A DNA stretch of 64,000 bases, from contig JASLED010000019.1 of assembly GCA_030151255.1 (NCBI GenBank), forward strand, positions 1,342-65,341. The letters are read 5' to 3'. A model generated the notes under the pieces. That model ran no database searches. It was not told the DNA's origin and saw only the letters and a program-made list of their open reading frames with translations. Shown here in pieces: positions 1 through 9,265 of this stretch (position 1 is the first letter of the stretch; every line of letters begins with the position of its first letter). The position numbers and the translations under genes were made by a program. This stretch comes from Flavobacterium sp. GTDB taxonomy: Bacteria > Bacteroidota > Bacteroidia > Flavobacteriales > Flavobacteriaceae.

Positions 1-1
1 A

Positions 2-145
2 AAAGTTTACGCCAACGATATGCGTCATTATCAAGATTTTGTATTTAATAAATTAGCAATGGTAGACAGTATTGGTAGCACGCATAGCTCTTTTGTAATG
101 CGCGAAATCAAGAATATGCACAACATAAAAATTACTTCTTATTAG
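2..145 (+). CDS. 3' end of an Lrp/AsnC-family transcriptional regulator (5'-truncated by the window edge)
   Basis: The frame is open from the window edge to TAG at 143-145. It reads KVYANDMRHYQDFVFNKLAMVDSIGSTHSSFVMREIKNMHNIKITSY*, which resembles the C-terminal effector domain of Lrp/AsnC regulators. It is absent from the ORF track because it has no in-window start. Confidence 0.45.
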   Translation, partial: KVYANDMRHYQDFVFNKLAMVDSIGSTHSSFVMREIKNMHNIKITSY

Positions 146-223
146 TAATAAAACGAATAAATAGCATATTTCGGATTGTATGCATTCAATTTGTTTTTCA
201 TTTTTGCTTAAAGACAAATCGTT

Positions 224-1084
224 ATGGAAAATAGTGAAGCCTTAGATTATGAACGAATAGCAAAAGCCATTCAATACATTAATCAACATTTTAAACAACA
301 GCCCAATTTGGATGAAGTAGCGCAACATCTTCATTTGAGTTCGGCACATTTTCAACGCATTTTTACACAATGGGCTGGAACTAGTCCGAAAAAATTTTTG
401 AAATATACTAGCATCGAATATGCTAAATGGTTGCTAAAAGAAAAACAAGCTACTTTGTTTGAAACGGCCGAAGAAGTGGGGCTATCCAGCGCAAGTCGAC
501 TACACGATTTATTTATTTCGATTGAAGGAATGACTCCAGCCGAATACAAAAATGACGGTAAAGGATTATTCATTTACTATCATTTTTTTGAAACAGTTTT
601 TGGAACAGTTTTAATAGCCAACACCAATAAAGGTATTTGTTATATGGCATTTATTGAAGATAAAGAAGAAGCGACTCATTATCTATTTCAACAATTTAAA
701 CAAGCTACTTTTATTGCAGAAAAGCAACAACAACAAATTGATGCTCTTCAAATTTTTAATGCAGAAAGCCCAAACTTAAATCACATTAAACTTCATTTAA
801 AAGGAACCAATTTTCAGTTAAAAGTTTGGAATAGCTTATTAACAATTCCGAAAGGAAATTTGGTTACCTATGGCACAATTGCTTCAAATATCAATAACCC
901 AAAAGCATCAAGAGCAGTTGGTACAGCTATTGGCAGTAATCCGGTAGCATTTTTAATTCCTTGTCATCGAGTAATCCAGTCTACAGGTGTTTTTGGCAAT
1001 TATATGTGGGGAAGTACAAGAAAAGAAATAATTATTGGCTGGGAGGGTTTGCAAACACATGAATCTGAATATTTTAAATTATAA
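224..1084 (+). CDS. AraC-type HTH domain fused to O6-alkylguanine-DNA (methylated-DNA--protein-cysteine) methyltransferase; Ada-like
   Basis: 286 aa. The N-terminus has an AraC-type HTH (HLSSAHFQRIFTQWAGTSPKKFLKY...GLSSASRLHDLF). The C-terminus has the AGT active site IPCHRVI. The stop lies 3 nt before the alkB-like ORF. Confidence 0.85.
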   Translation: MENSEALDYERIAKAIQYINQHFKQQPNLDEVAQHLHLSSAHFQRIFTQWAGTSPKKFLKYTSIEYAKWLLKEKQATLFETAEEVGLSSASRLHDLFISIEGMTPAEYKNDGKGLFIYYHFFETVFGTVLIANTNKGICYMAFIEDKEEATHYLFQQFKQATFIAEKQQQQIDALQIFNAESPNLNHIKLHLKGTNFQLKVWNSLLTIPKGNLVTYGTIASNINNPKASRAVGTAIGSNPVAFLIPCHRVIQSTGVFGNYMWGSTRKEIIIGWEGLQTHESEYFKL

Positions 1085-1087
1085 TAG

Positions 1088-1699
1088 ATGGATCTGTTTT
1101 CAAATAACAACGTCAATAATATCAATCAACTTCCTTATGATGGCACTGTACATTTTTATGGCTTTGTATTAAACCAAAATGATGCTAATTATTATTATCA
1201 ACAATTACTTGATGACATTGAATGGAAAAATGATGAGGCTATAATTTTTGGAAAAAAAGTTATTACAAAACGAAAAGTAGCTTGGTATGGCGATTGTTCA
1301 TTTTCTTATACTTATTCTAACATTACCAAACAAGCATTACCTTGGACAGAAGAACTTTTAGTACTTAAAAAATTAGTAGAGCAAACAACAGGAGAAACAT
1401 ACAATTCTTGTTTACTTAACTTATATCACAATGGCACTGAGGGAATGGCTTGGCACAGTGATGGAGAAAAAGATTTAAAGAAAAATGGAGCTATTGCTTC
1501 ACTTAGTTTAGGAGCTACAAGAAAGTTTTTGTTTAAACACAAAACAACCAAACAACTGATAACTTTAATTTTAGATAGCGGCAGTTTATTAGTAATGAAA
1601 GACGAAACACAATCTTTTTGGTTGCATCGTTTACCACCAACACAAATAGTACATTTACCGCGTATTAATCTTACCTTTCGTACTATTACAACACAATAA
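1088..1699 (+). CDS. alkB: AlkB-like Fe(II)/2-oxoglutarate-dependent DNA/RNA dealkylating dioxygenase
   Basis: 203 aa with an HxD motif (WHSDGE), a distal His (FWLHRLP) and a C-terminal RINLTFR, as in the AlkB RxNxTFR motif. It is adjacent to the Ada-like gene. Confidence 0.8.
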   Translation: MDLFSNNNVNNINQLPYDGTVHFYGFVLNQNDANYYYQQLLDDIEWKNDEAIIFGKKVITKRKVAWYGDCSFSYTYSNITKQALPWTEELLVLKKLVEQTTGETYNSCLLNLYHNGTEGMAWHSDGEKDLKKNGAIASLSLGATRKFLFKHKTTKQLITLILDSGSLLVMKDETQSFWLHRLPPTQIVHLPRINLTFRTITTQ

Positions 1700-1813
1700 A
1701 AGCAGCTCATTACCCCTAACAAACTGCTCCCATTAAAAAAACAATAATAATTATAGCACCCTCTCCCCTTGGTACTAATCGAAAAAAAAATAACAACTAC
1801 GTATTATAACTTG

Positions 1814-3229
1814 TTACAACATTGTTGACGGACATACAAATTCCGTTTTATTATGTTGTGTATGGGTTTTTAAAGCATTAAATCCGCCTAATACATCTAC
1901 TACATCAAAGCCCATTGCTTTTAAAATAGACGCCGCAATCATGCTTCGGTAACCGCCAGCACAATAAATTACGTATTTTTTACTCGGATTTAAGTCTTCT
2001 ATTTTATTTTCTATTTTATTCAACGAAACAAATTTAGAGTCTATAATATGCTCTGCATTATACTCGCTTTCTTTTCGTACATCCAACAAAACGGCTTCCT
2101 GATTTTCTAAATAATTATCTACTTCATCAGCAGCTAATCGCTGAATTGTATTTACAATTCTATTGGCTTTTTGCCAAGTTTCTATTCCTCCTTTTAAATA
2201 GCCAATTGTATTGTCATATCCCACTCTTGATAAGCGAATCATGCTTTCTTCTTCCTTTCCTTCTTCTGTAACTAAAACAATAGGTTGTTTTATATCGCTA
2301 ATAAGTTCGCCAACCCAACCAGCAAACGCTCCATTTAGTCCAACATTCATAGTATTTGGAATGTGTTTATCGGCAAAAGCTTGTGGCGATCTTGTATCTA
2401 AAATTAATATAGAATTATCTTGTGTAAGCGTATCAAATTCTTCCAAAGATAAAGGATGATTTGCACGATGCAACACCTCGTCTAATTGCTCATATCCTTG
2501 AATGTTCATTAATACATTTTTCGGAAAATATTGCGGTGGTGTAGCCAAACCTGTTAATAGTTCTTTTACAAATTCGTCCTCTGTCATATCTTCACGCAAC
2601 GCATAATTTGTTGCTTTCTGATTGCCTAAAGTATCTGAAGTTTCTTTGCTCATGTTTTTACCACAAGCACTCCCCGCACCATGATTTGGATAAACAATCA
2701 AATCATCTGGCAAAGGCATAATTTTGGTACGAAGCGAATGAAATAAATGTTTTGCTAATTTTTCTTGTGTAAGCTCTGATTTAACTAATTGTACCAAATC
2801 TGGTCTTCCAACGTCGCCAATAAACAATGTATCTCCTGTTATAATTGCATGTTGTTTACCCGATTCATCATAAATTAAATACGTGGTACTTTCCATTGTA
2901 TGTCCAGGTGTATGTAAAACTTCTACCTTTACATTTCCAATAAAAAACTCTTGATGATCTGTTGCCACAATAGCCTTATACTGCGGTGTTGCAGTAGGAC
3001 CAAATACAATTTGAGCACCCGTTTTTTGCATTAAATCTAAATGACCGCTTACAAAATCAGCGTGAAAATGTGTTTCAAAAACATATTTAATTACAGCATT
3101 ATCTTGCTTTGCTTTATTGATGTATGAATCTACATCACGCAACGGATCAAAAATAGCAGCTTCGCCATTGCTTTCTAAATAATAAGCGGCGTGAGCAATA
3201 CATCCTGTATAAATTTGTTCTATTTGCAT
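1814..3229 (-). CDS. MBL-fold persulfide-dioxygenase-like domain fused to two rhodanese domains (CstB-like)
   Basis: 471 aa. It has the metallo-beta-lactamase motif THFHADFVSGH plus HTPGHT. Two rhodanese-like segments follow. Only the last carries a CxGGxRS active-site loop (YCAGGYRS). Confidence 0.75.
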   Translation of the reverse strand: MQIEQIYTGCIAHAAYYLESNGEAAIFDPLRDVDSYINKAKQDNAVIKYVFETHFHADFVSGHLDLMQKTGAQIVFGPTATPQYKAIVATDHQEFFIGNVKVEVLHTPGHTMESTTYLIYDESGKQHAIITGDTLFIGDVGRPDLVQLVKSELTQEKLAKHLFHSLRTKIMPLPDDLIVYPNHGAGSACGKNMSKETSDTLGNQKATNYALREDMTEDEFVKELLTGLATPPQYFPKNVLMNIQGYEQLDEVLHRANHPLSLEEFDTLTQDNSILILDTRSPQAFADKHIPNTMNVGLNGAFAGWVGELISDIKQPIVLVTEEGKEEESMIRLSRVGYDNTIGYLKGGIETWQKANRIVNTIQRLAADEVDNYLENQEAVLLDVRKESEYNAEHIIDSKFVSLNKIENKIEDLNPSKKYVIYCAGGYRSMIAASILKAMGFDVVDVLGGFNALKTHTQHNKTEFVCPSTML

Positions 3230-3319
3230 TTTCTAAAACTTTATGCCACAAAATTACTAGAACATCATAGGCTAAAATATGATATTTCTCATAAAGCGAA
3301 AAAAAATAGAAAAAAGTGA

Positions 3320-4555
3320 CTATTTGCCATTAATCATTTTACCAACAGTATAATTTAACCCAAAAGCGGCTATTAGGAGAAGGATACAAACAAAGATCCA
3401 AAGCGTATTGTACCCAAAATCAGTTACAATTTTTGTTCCTAAAATAGGAGAAATAATAAAACCTACAGCAAAGGTTAATCCATTTACTCCCATATATGCT
3501 CCTTTTTTACTTTCGTTTGCACGTAAAGCCGTTACTGTTGATGTATAAGGAAAAATCAACATTTCGGATAAACTCAGTATCGTAATCGATATAAAAATTG
3601 TCAGTAAACTGTGATCAAATAAAAAGATTCCGAAGGCAAATGGGCTTATCAACGATCCATAAAAAATTGTTTTCTGTATCGTTAATCGCTTTTCTGCCAA
3701 GTGCACCAACAGCATTTCTACCAAAACAATTAGCAAACCACTATATCCAAGAACCAGTCCGATTTGAAATTCATTTAATCCAGCAACTTTTTCGTAAAAA
3801 ATAGGAATTGTACTAAACAATTGTAAAAATGCAACAGAGTATACCATACAAAAAAAACTATAAGTCATAAATAGTTTGTCTTTATATGGTGAGGTATCTT
3901 GAGATTTTATTGCATTTTGAACTTCTATAGGTGAATTTTCCTCTTTTTTTATAGGTGCTGTATTTCGTTCTTTTCTTCCTTTAAAAAAATAAATAAATAC
4001 TACAGCTGCAAAAAAAGCCGCCGATGCATTTACGTAAAACAACAGCGAATAAGATATAGCAGCCAATAAACCACCCATTGCTGGGCCAACAGAAAATCCA
4101 AGATTTACCGCCATTCTATTTAATGAAAAAGCGCGTGTAATATTTTCTGGTTTTGCGTAGCGTGTAATTGCAACAGAATTGGCCGGCCTAAACATTTCAC
4201 TTACCAAACTTTGACAAAAAATCATTAACGCCAAACTTGTAACCGACGTAAAATAAGGCAACATTATAAAAATTGGAATACTTCCCAACAAACTCAAATA
4301 TTGTAGTTTGTAATTTCCTATTTTATCTGTAAGCCAACCACCAAATGTAGATCCAATCATAGAACCAGCTCCAAAGCAAGCTAATACATAACCTGTTTGC
4401 ACATCTGTAAAATGCAATTCTTTTGTCATGTAAACTCCCAAAAAAGGAAAAACCATAGATCCTGCTCTATTGATTAACATTACAATAGCAAGCATCCAAG
4501 ACTCTGCAGATAATCCTGTATAAGAGTCTTTATAGATTTGAAAGATTTTTCTCAT
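3320..4555 (-). CDS. MFS transporter
   Basis: 411 aa and highly hydrophobic with about 12 predicted TM stretches. It has an MFS-like loop (GGWLTDKIGNYK) and a central hydrophilic loop. Confidence 0.8.
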   Translation of the reverse strand: MRKIFQIYKDSYTGLSAESWMLAIVMLINRAGSMVFPFLGVYMTKELHFTDVQTGYVLACFGAGSMIGSTFGGWLTDKIGNYKLQYLSLLGSIPIFIMLPYFTSVTSLALMIFCQSLVSEMFRPANSVAITRYAKPENITRAFSLNRMAVNLGFSVGPAMGGLLAAISYSLLFYVNASAAFFAAVVFIYFFKGRKERNTAPIKKEENSPIEVQNAIKSQDTSPYKDKLFMTYSFFCMVYSVAFLQLFSTIPIFYEKVAGLNEFQIGLVLGYSGLLIVLVEMLLVHLAEKRLTIQKTIFYGSLISPFAFGIFLFDHSLLTIFISITILSLSEMLIFPYTSTVTALRANESKKGAYMGVNGLTFAVGFIISPILGTKIVTDFGYNTLWIFVCILLLIAAFGLNYTVGKMINGK

Positions 4556-4592
4556 GAAAGTATAATTCTATTATTGAAAAAGAAAAGTATTT

Positions 4593-5204
4593 CTACTTAT
4601 TGTTTTGTTCTTTTTTTAGGCGTTCTGCTTCTCGCATTGCATTATAATATGCAACTCTACTTAGTGGTTCATATTCTTCTGTTTCTCCAAGCATTACAAT
4701 ATCTTCACTTGCTGCTTTTCTAAAACTATAATTTGCTAAATTGCCTGTTCTTGTACAAATAGCATGCACTTTGGTAACATATTCTGCAGTTGCCATTAAT
4801 GCTGGCATTGGTCCAAACGGATTGCCTTTAAAATCCATATCCAAGCCCGCTACTACAACACGAATCCCCGAATTGGCCAATTCATTGCAAACTTGCACAA
4901 TTTCATCGTCAAAAAACTGAGCTTCGTCAATTCCTACCACATCACAGCCGCTTGCTAAAAGACGAATGCTTGAAGCAGAAGTTACTGGTGTTGAACGAAT
5001 TTCGTTTGCATCATGCGAAATAACATATTCATCATGATACCTCGTATCAATTGCAGGTTTAAAAATTTCAATTTTTTGTTTGGCAAACTGAGCTCTTTTC
5101 AATCTTCTTATAAGCTCTTCTGTTTTGCCAGAAAACATAGAACCGCAGATTACTTCAATCCACCCAAATTGTTCGTTATGATTAACAGGATTTTCTAGAA
5201 ACAT
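4593..5204 (-). CDS. tdk: thymidine kinase
   Basis: 203 aa with the P-loop [24 protein letters not shown], and a C-terminal Cys-containing lasso region. Confidence 0.9.
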   Translation of the reverse strand: MFLENPVNHNEQFGWIEVICGSMFSGKTEELIRRLKRAQFAKQKIEIFKPAIDTRYHDEYVISHDANEIRSTPVTSASSIRLLASGCDVVGIDEAQFFDDEIVQVCNELANSGIRVVVAGLDMDFKGNPFGPMPALMATAEYVTKVHAICTRTGNLANYSFRKAASEDIVMLGETEEYEPLSRVAYYNAMREAERLKKEQNNK

Positions 5205-5290
5205 TTTGTGATTTTCAGGTCGAAACCAGTAGTTTTTTCGTTACTTTGTAAAGGGCAAATTTATCAAAAAAAGCTTGTATAATTTACTAA

Positions 5291-6421
5291 ATGAAATTAA
5301 AAGTTATGAAGAAAGTCTTAGAAGGAGAATTGTTGAGTATTGCGCATCGTGTGTTGAAGATGAAAGATGCCGATGTAAACAAATTGTATATTGAGACCAA
5401 AGAATTATATGAAAAACTTCAGGTATTAAAGTTTTATCAAGACAATTTTTCTTTAGGACTAATTAAAGATATCACTGAAGATGAACTAGCAGAAAAACTA
5501 GAACATCCTGCAAAATCTTTAGTTATTTATGCGGATGATGTACAGGATAACACATCAAATCTCTACATTCAACAAGAAGAAATCATAGTAAGTGAAGAAA
5601 GATCTCAAATGCCAGAAGAGTTAACAGAGATTGATTATCCAATTGTAGTTGATACGGAAACTGAACTAAATATTGTGATTGAAAATGCTGCGGAAGCACT
5701 TCCTTCTGACGAAATTTTAGAACAAACCATTATACAAGAAATACTTGTAGAAGAAGATACTGAAAACATAGTTGACGAACCTTTGGAAGAAGAAATCATT
5801 TCGGAAGAAAACAATCTTTTTGAAGAAGAGCATCAAACTGAAACTTTTCAGGAAACAACTTTTTCTACCGAAGAAACAGTAAACGAGAAAATTGAAGAAA
5901 TTAAAGAAGAAATTGAAGAGGAACTTAGCATTGCCGAAACAGAAATAAACGCAATTAACGATCATCTTGACGGATTTAACTATGCTGAATTAGAATTTAT
6001 TCGTGTTGAAGATGTACCAGTAGAAAACTCGGAAGTTTTTACTGACTTTTCGTTTGAAAAAGTAGAAGAGCAAACTTCCATCAACAAAGAACCAGAAACA
6101 CCGCAAGTACAAAATCTTTTATTCAATGTAGATCACGTTGCTGTAACTGAACCCAAAATAGTAAAATCAAAATCATTAAACGATATTTATAGAGGTTCTA
6201 TCCAAATTGGATTAAATGACCGAATTGCTTTCGAAAAACATTTATTTGACAATAGTTCGGAAGATTTCAACCGCGTGCTTTCTCAATTAAACACAGTAAG
6301 CACGTTTGATGAAGCCATGAGCTTTATCGATCATTTAGTAAAACCAGAATACAATAATTGGGAAGGAAAAGAAGAATATGCAACGCGTTTTCTTGAACTA
6401 ATTGAAAAGCGATTTGCATAA
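5291..6421 (+). CDS. hypothetical protein with a very acidic (Glu/Asp/Thr/Ile-rich) central region and a structured C-terminal domain
   Basis: Long 376-aa ORF. The middle of the protein is dominated by E/D/T/I runs (e.g. EEIKEEIEEELSIAETE). The last roughly 100 aa are normal in composition. The alternative start MKKVLEG at 5306 is possible. Confidence 0.6.
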   Translation: MKLKVMKKVLEGELLSIAHRVLKMKDADVNKLYIETKELYEKLQVLKFYQDNFSLGLIKDITEDELAEKLEHPAKSLVIYADDVQDNTSNLYIQQEEIIVSEERSQMPEELTEIDYPIVVDTETELNIVIENAAEALPSDEILEQTIIQEILVEEDTENIVDEPLEEEIISEENNLFEEEHQTETFQETTFSTEETVNEKIEEIKEEIEEELSIAETEINAINDHLDGFNYAELEFIRVEDVPVENSEVFTDFSFEKVEEQTSINKEPETPQVQNLLFNVDHVAVTEPKIVKSKSLNDIYRGSIQIGLNDRIAFEKHLFDNSSEDFNRVLSQLNTVSTFDEAMSFIDHLVKPEYNNWEGKEEYATRFLELIEKRFA

Positions 6422-7092
6422 TGAGTAAACTTTATATTGTACCCACACCAATTGGCAATTTGGAAGATATGACTTTTAGAGCGATTAAAGTTTTAAAAGA
6501 AGCAGATTATATTTTAGCAGAAGACACAAGAAATAGCGGCAAATTATTGAAGCATTTTGAAATAGAAACGCCCATGATGAGTCATCATATGCACAACGAA
6601 CACAAAACTGTTGAAGGTTTGGTACGAAGACTGCAAACAGGAGAAGTATTTGCCCTGATATCAGATGCTGGTACTCCAGCTATTTCTGATCCAGGTTTTT
6701 TACTTACAAGAGCTTGTGTAGAAAATAACATAGAAATAGAATGCTTGCCTGGTGCAACAGCATTTGTGCCAGCTTTGGTAAACAGTGGCTTACCAAATGA
6801 CAAATTTGTTTTTGAAGGTTTTTTACCTGACAAAAAAGGCCGACAAACTCGCTATTTACAATTGGCAGAAGAAACACGCACAATGATTATCTACGTTTCT
6901 CCGCATAAACTTGTAAAAACATTAGGCGAATTTCAAACATATTTTGGCAATGAAAGACAAATTTCTGTATCTAGAGAATTGTCTAAATTACATGAAGAAA
7001 CTGTTCGTGGTACAGTAGATGAAGTACTAAAACACTTTGAAGAAAAAGCTCCAAAAGGTGAAATTGTGGTAATTGTTGCTGGAAAAAAATAA
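6421..7092 (+). CDS. rsmI: 16S rRNA (cytidine1402-2'-O)-methyltransferase
   Basis: 223 aa with the N-terminus LYIVPTPIGNLEDMTFRAIKVLKEADYILAEDTR, typical of the RsmI/tetrapyrrole-methylase fold. Confidence 0.85.
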   Translation: MSKLYIVPTPIGNLEDMTFRAIKVLKEADYILAEDTRNSGKLLKHFEIETPMMSHHMHNEHKTVEGLVRRLQTGEVFALISDAGTPAISDPGFLLTRACVENNIEIECLPGATAFVPALVNSGLPNDKFVFEGFLPDKKGRQTRYLQLAEETRTMIIYVSPHKLVKTLGEFQTYFGNERQISVSRELSKLHEETVRGTVDEVLKHFEEKAPKGEIVVIVAGKK

Positions 7093-7115
7093 TAATAGAA
7101 TTAAACAAAAAGAAT

Positions 7116-7541
7116 ATGTCACATAAAGTTACAACAACTTGGATAGAAAATATGCAGTTTGAATCAACTAATCCAAGTGGTGAAACAATGCGAATTGATG
7201 CAGGAATCGAAAATGGAGGCGATAATAAAGGTTTTAGACCAAAAGCACTAATGTTATCTGCTTTAGCAGGTTGCTCTGGCTTAGATATTGCTTCACTTAT
7301 AAAGAAAATGCGCTTGGAAGTGACAGATTTTAAAATTGAAACAGAAGGTTTACTTACAGATGAAGATCCTGCAACATATCATACAGTTATTGTAGTTTAT
7401 CATTTTTATGGAAATAATTTAAATGAAGAAAAACTAAAAAAAGCAGTTGATCTTTCGGTTGATAAATATTGTGGAGTAATGAAGATGTTTACACAATTTG
7501 CAAAAGTTGAAACAAATATCTTTTATCATAAACAACCATAA
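7116..7541 (+). CDS. OsmC family peroxiredoxin-like protein
   Basis: 141 aa with two conserved Cys contexts (LAGCSGLD and DKYCGV), as in OsmC/Ohr family proteins. Confidence 0.8.
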   Translation: MSHKVTTTWIENMQFESTNPSGETMRIDAGIENGGDNKGFRPKALMLSALAGCSGLDIASLIKKMRLEVTDFKIETEGLLTDEDPATYHTVIVVYHFYGNNLNEEKLKKAVDLSVDKYCGVMKMFTQFAKVETNIFYHKQP

Positions 7542-9241
7542 TGCGGTGGACTTTAAAACAAACAACAAATCAAGCAAGTGTTAATCATTTAAAAGAAACT
7601 TTAGGTATTGATGACGTTTTAGCTAAATTATTGGTTGATAGAGACATTCATACTTTTGAAGAGGCTAAAAGTTTTTTTCGCCCAACATTAGATAATTTGC
7701 ACGATCCGTATCTTATGAAAGATATGGACAAAGCTGTGTATAGAATAGAATTGGCTATACGCAATAAAGAACGAATTTTGGTTTTTGGCGATTATGATGT
7801 AGATGGAACCACTTCAGTTGCACTAGTTTATTCGTATTTACAATCTTATTATCCAGAAGTAGACAGATATATTCCAGACAGATATGCTGAAGGATATGGA
7901 ATTTCTTATCAAGGAATTGATTATGCAGCAGACAATGATATTTCTTTAATCATTGCATTAGATTGTGGCATTAAATCTGTCGATCACATTAATTACGCCA
8001 AATCAAAAGGGGTAGATTTTGTAATTTGCGATCATCATTTACCCGGCGATATATTGCCAGATGCTTATGCTGTTTTAGACCCGAAGCGTTTAGATTGCGA
8101 TTATCCTTATAAAGAACTTTGCGGATGTGGAGTAGGTTTTAAATTAATACAAGCGCTAGCAAAAAACAGAGGTATTGATGTATATCAATTAACCGAATAT
8201 TTAGATTTAGTAGTTACAGCAATTGGAGCAGATATTGTTCCGATTACTGGCGAAAATCGAATTTTAGCTTTTGAAGGTTTAAAAGTATTAAATCATTTGC
8301 CCCGCCCAGGCATACAAGCACTTCTAGAAGTTTATAAACAAAATAATTACACCATTAGCGATATTGTTTTTAAAGTAGCGCCCAAAATAAACGCCGCTGG
8401 AAGAATAGAGCATGGAAATTATGCGGTAGATTTATTAACCCGTTTTTCTATGCAAGAAGCAAGAAGTACAGCTGCAATGATTTTAGCGTTTAATGAAGAA
8501 CGAAAATTATTAGACCAAGCAATTACCGAAGAAGCTAAAGAACAAATTATTACAGAAAAAGCAATAAATAGTAAAAGTACGGTAGTATACCATCCAGAAT
8601 GGCATAAAGGTGTTATAGGAATTGTAGCCTCAAGATTAATAGAAACCTATTATCGTCCAACAATTGTTTTTACCAAAAGCGGCGATGTTTTAGCAGCATC
8701 TGCTCGCTCAGTAAAAAACTTTGATTTATATGCGGCTTTAGAAGCATGTTCGGATGAATTAATTCAGTTTGGTGGACACATGTATGCTGCAGGAATGACG
8801 TGTAAAATAGAAAACTTTGAGGGCTTTAAAAAAAAGTTTGAAGAAGTAGTTGCTTCTACCATTCAAGAAAAAGATCTAATTCCAGAAATAGAAATTGATG
8901 CTACATTAAACTTTAGTGATATTACACCTAAATTTTGTAGAATTTTAAAGCAATTTGAACCTTTTGGCCCAGGTAATATGAATCCTGTATTTCTTACTAA
9001 AAACGTCTATGATACTGGATATGCCAAAACATTAGGAGTAAATGCAGAACATTTGAAGGTTTTTGTCAAACAAAGAGGAAATTTATCTACAGCTTTTAGC
9101 GGAATTGGTTTTAACTTTGGTACCTATAACCAGAAAATACAAAATCGTACTTTTTTTGACTTAGTATATTCGATAGAAGAAAACGAGTGGAACGGTAAAA
9201 TTAATCAACAGTTGCAAATTAAAGATATGCAACTAGTATAA
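7541..9241 (+). CDS. recJ: single-stranded-DNA-specific exonuclease RecJ
   Basis: 566 aa with DHH family motifs (VFGDYDVDGTTS, ALDCG, ICDHHLP) and a DHHA1 region (GGHMYAAG). Confidence 0.9.
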   Translation: MRWTLKQTTNQASVNHLKETLGIDDVLAKLLVDRDIHTFEEAKSFFRPTLDNLHDPYLMKDMDKAVYRIELAIRNKERILVFGDYDVDGTTSVALVYSYLQSYYPEVDRYIPDRYAEGYGISYQGIDYAADNDISLIIALDCGIKSVDHINYAKSKGVDFVICDHHLPGDILPDAYAVLDPKRLDCDYPYKELCGCGVGFKLIQALAKNRGIDVYQLTEYLDLVVTAIGADIVPITGENRILAFEGLKVLNHLPRPGIQALLEVYKQNNYTISDIVFKVAPKINAAGRIEHGNYAVDLLTRFSMQEARSTAAMILAFNEERKLLDQAITEEAKEQIITEKAINSKSTVVYHPEWHKGVIGIVASRLIETYYRPTIVFTKSGDVLAASARSVKNFDLYAALEACSDELIQFGGHMYAAGMTCKIENFEGFKKKFEEVVASTIQEKDLIPEIEIDATLNFSDITPKFCRILKQFEPFGPGNMNPVFLTKNVYDTGYAKTLGVNAEHLKVFVKQRGNLSTAFSGIGFNFGTYNQKIQNRTFFDLVYSIEENEWNGKINQQLQIKDMQLV

Positions 9242-9265
9242 CTATAAAACTATAATAATTAAAAA

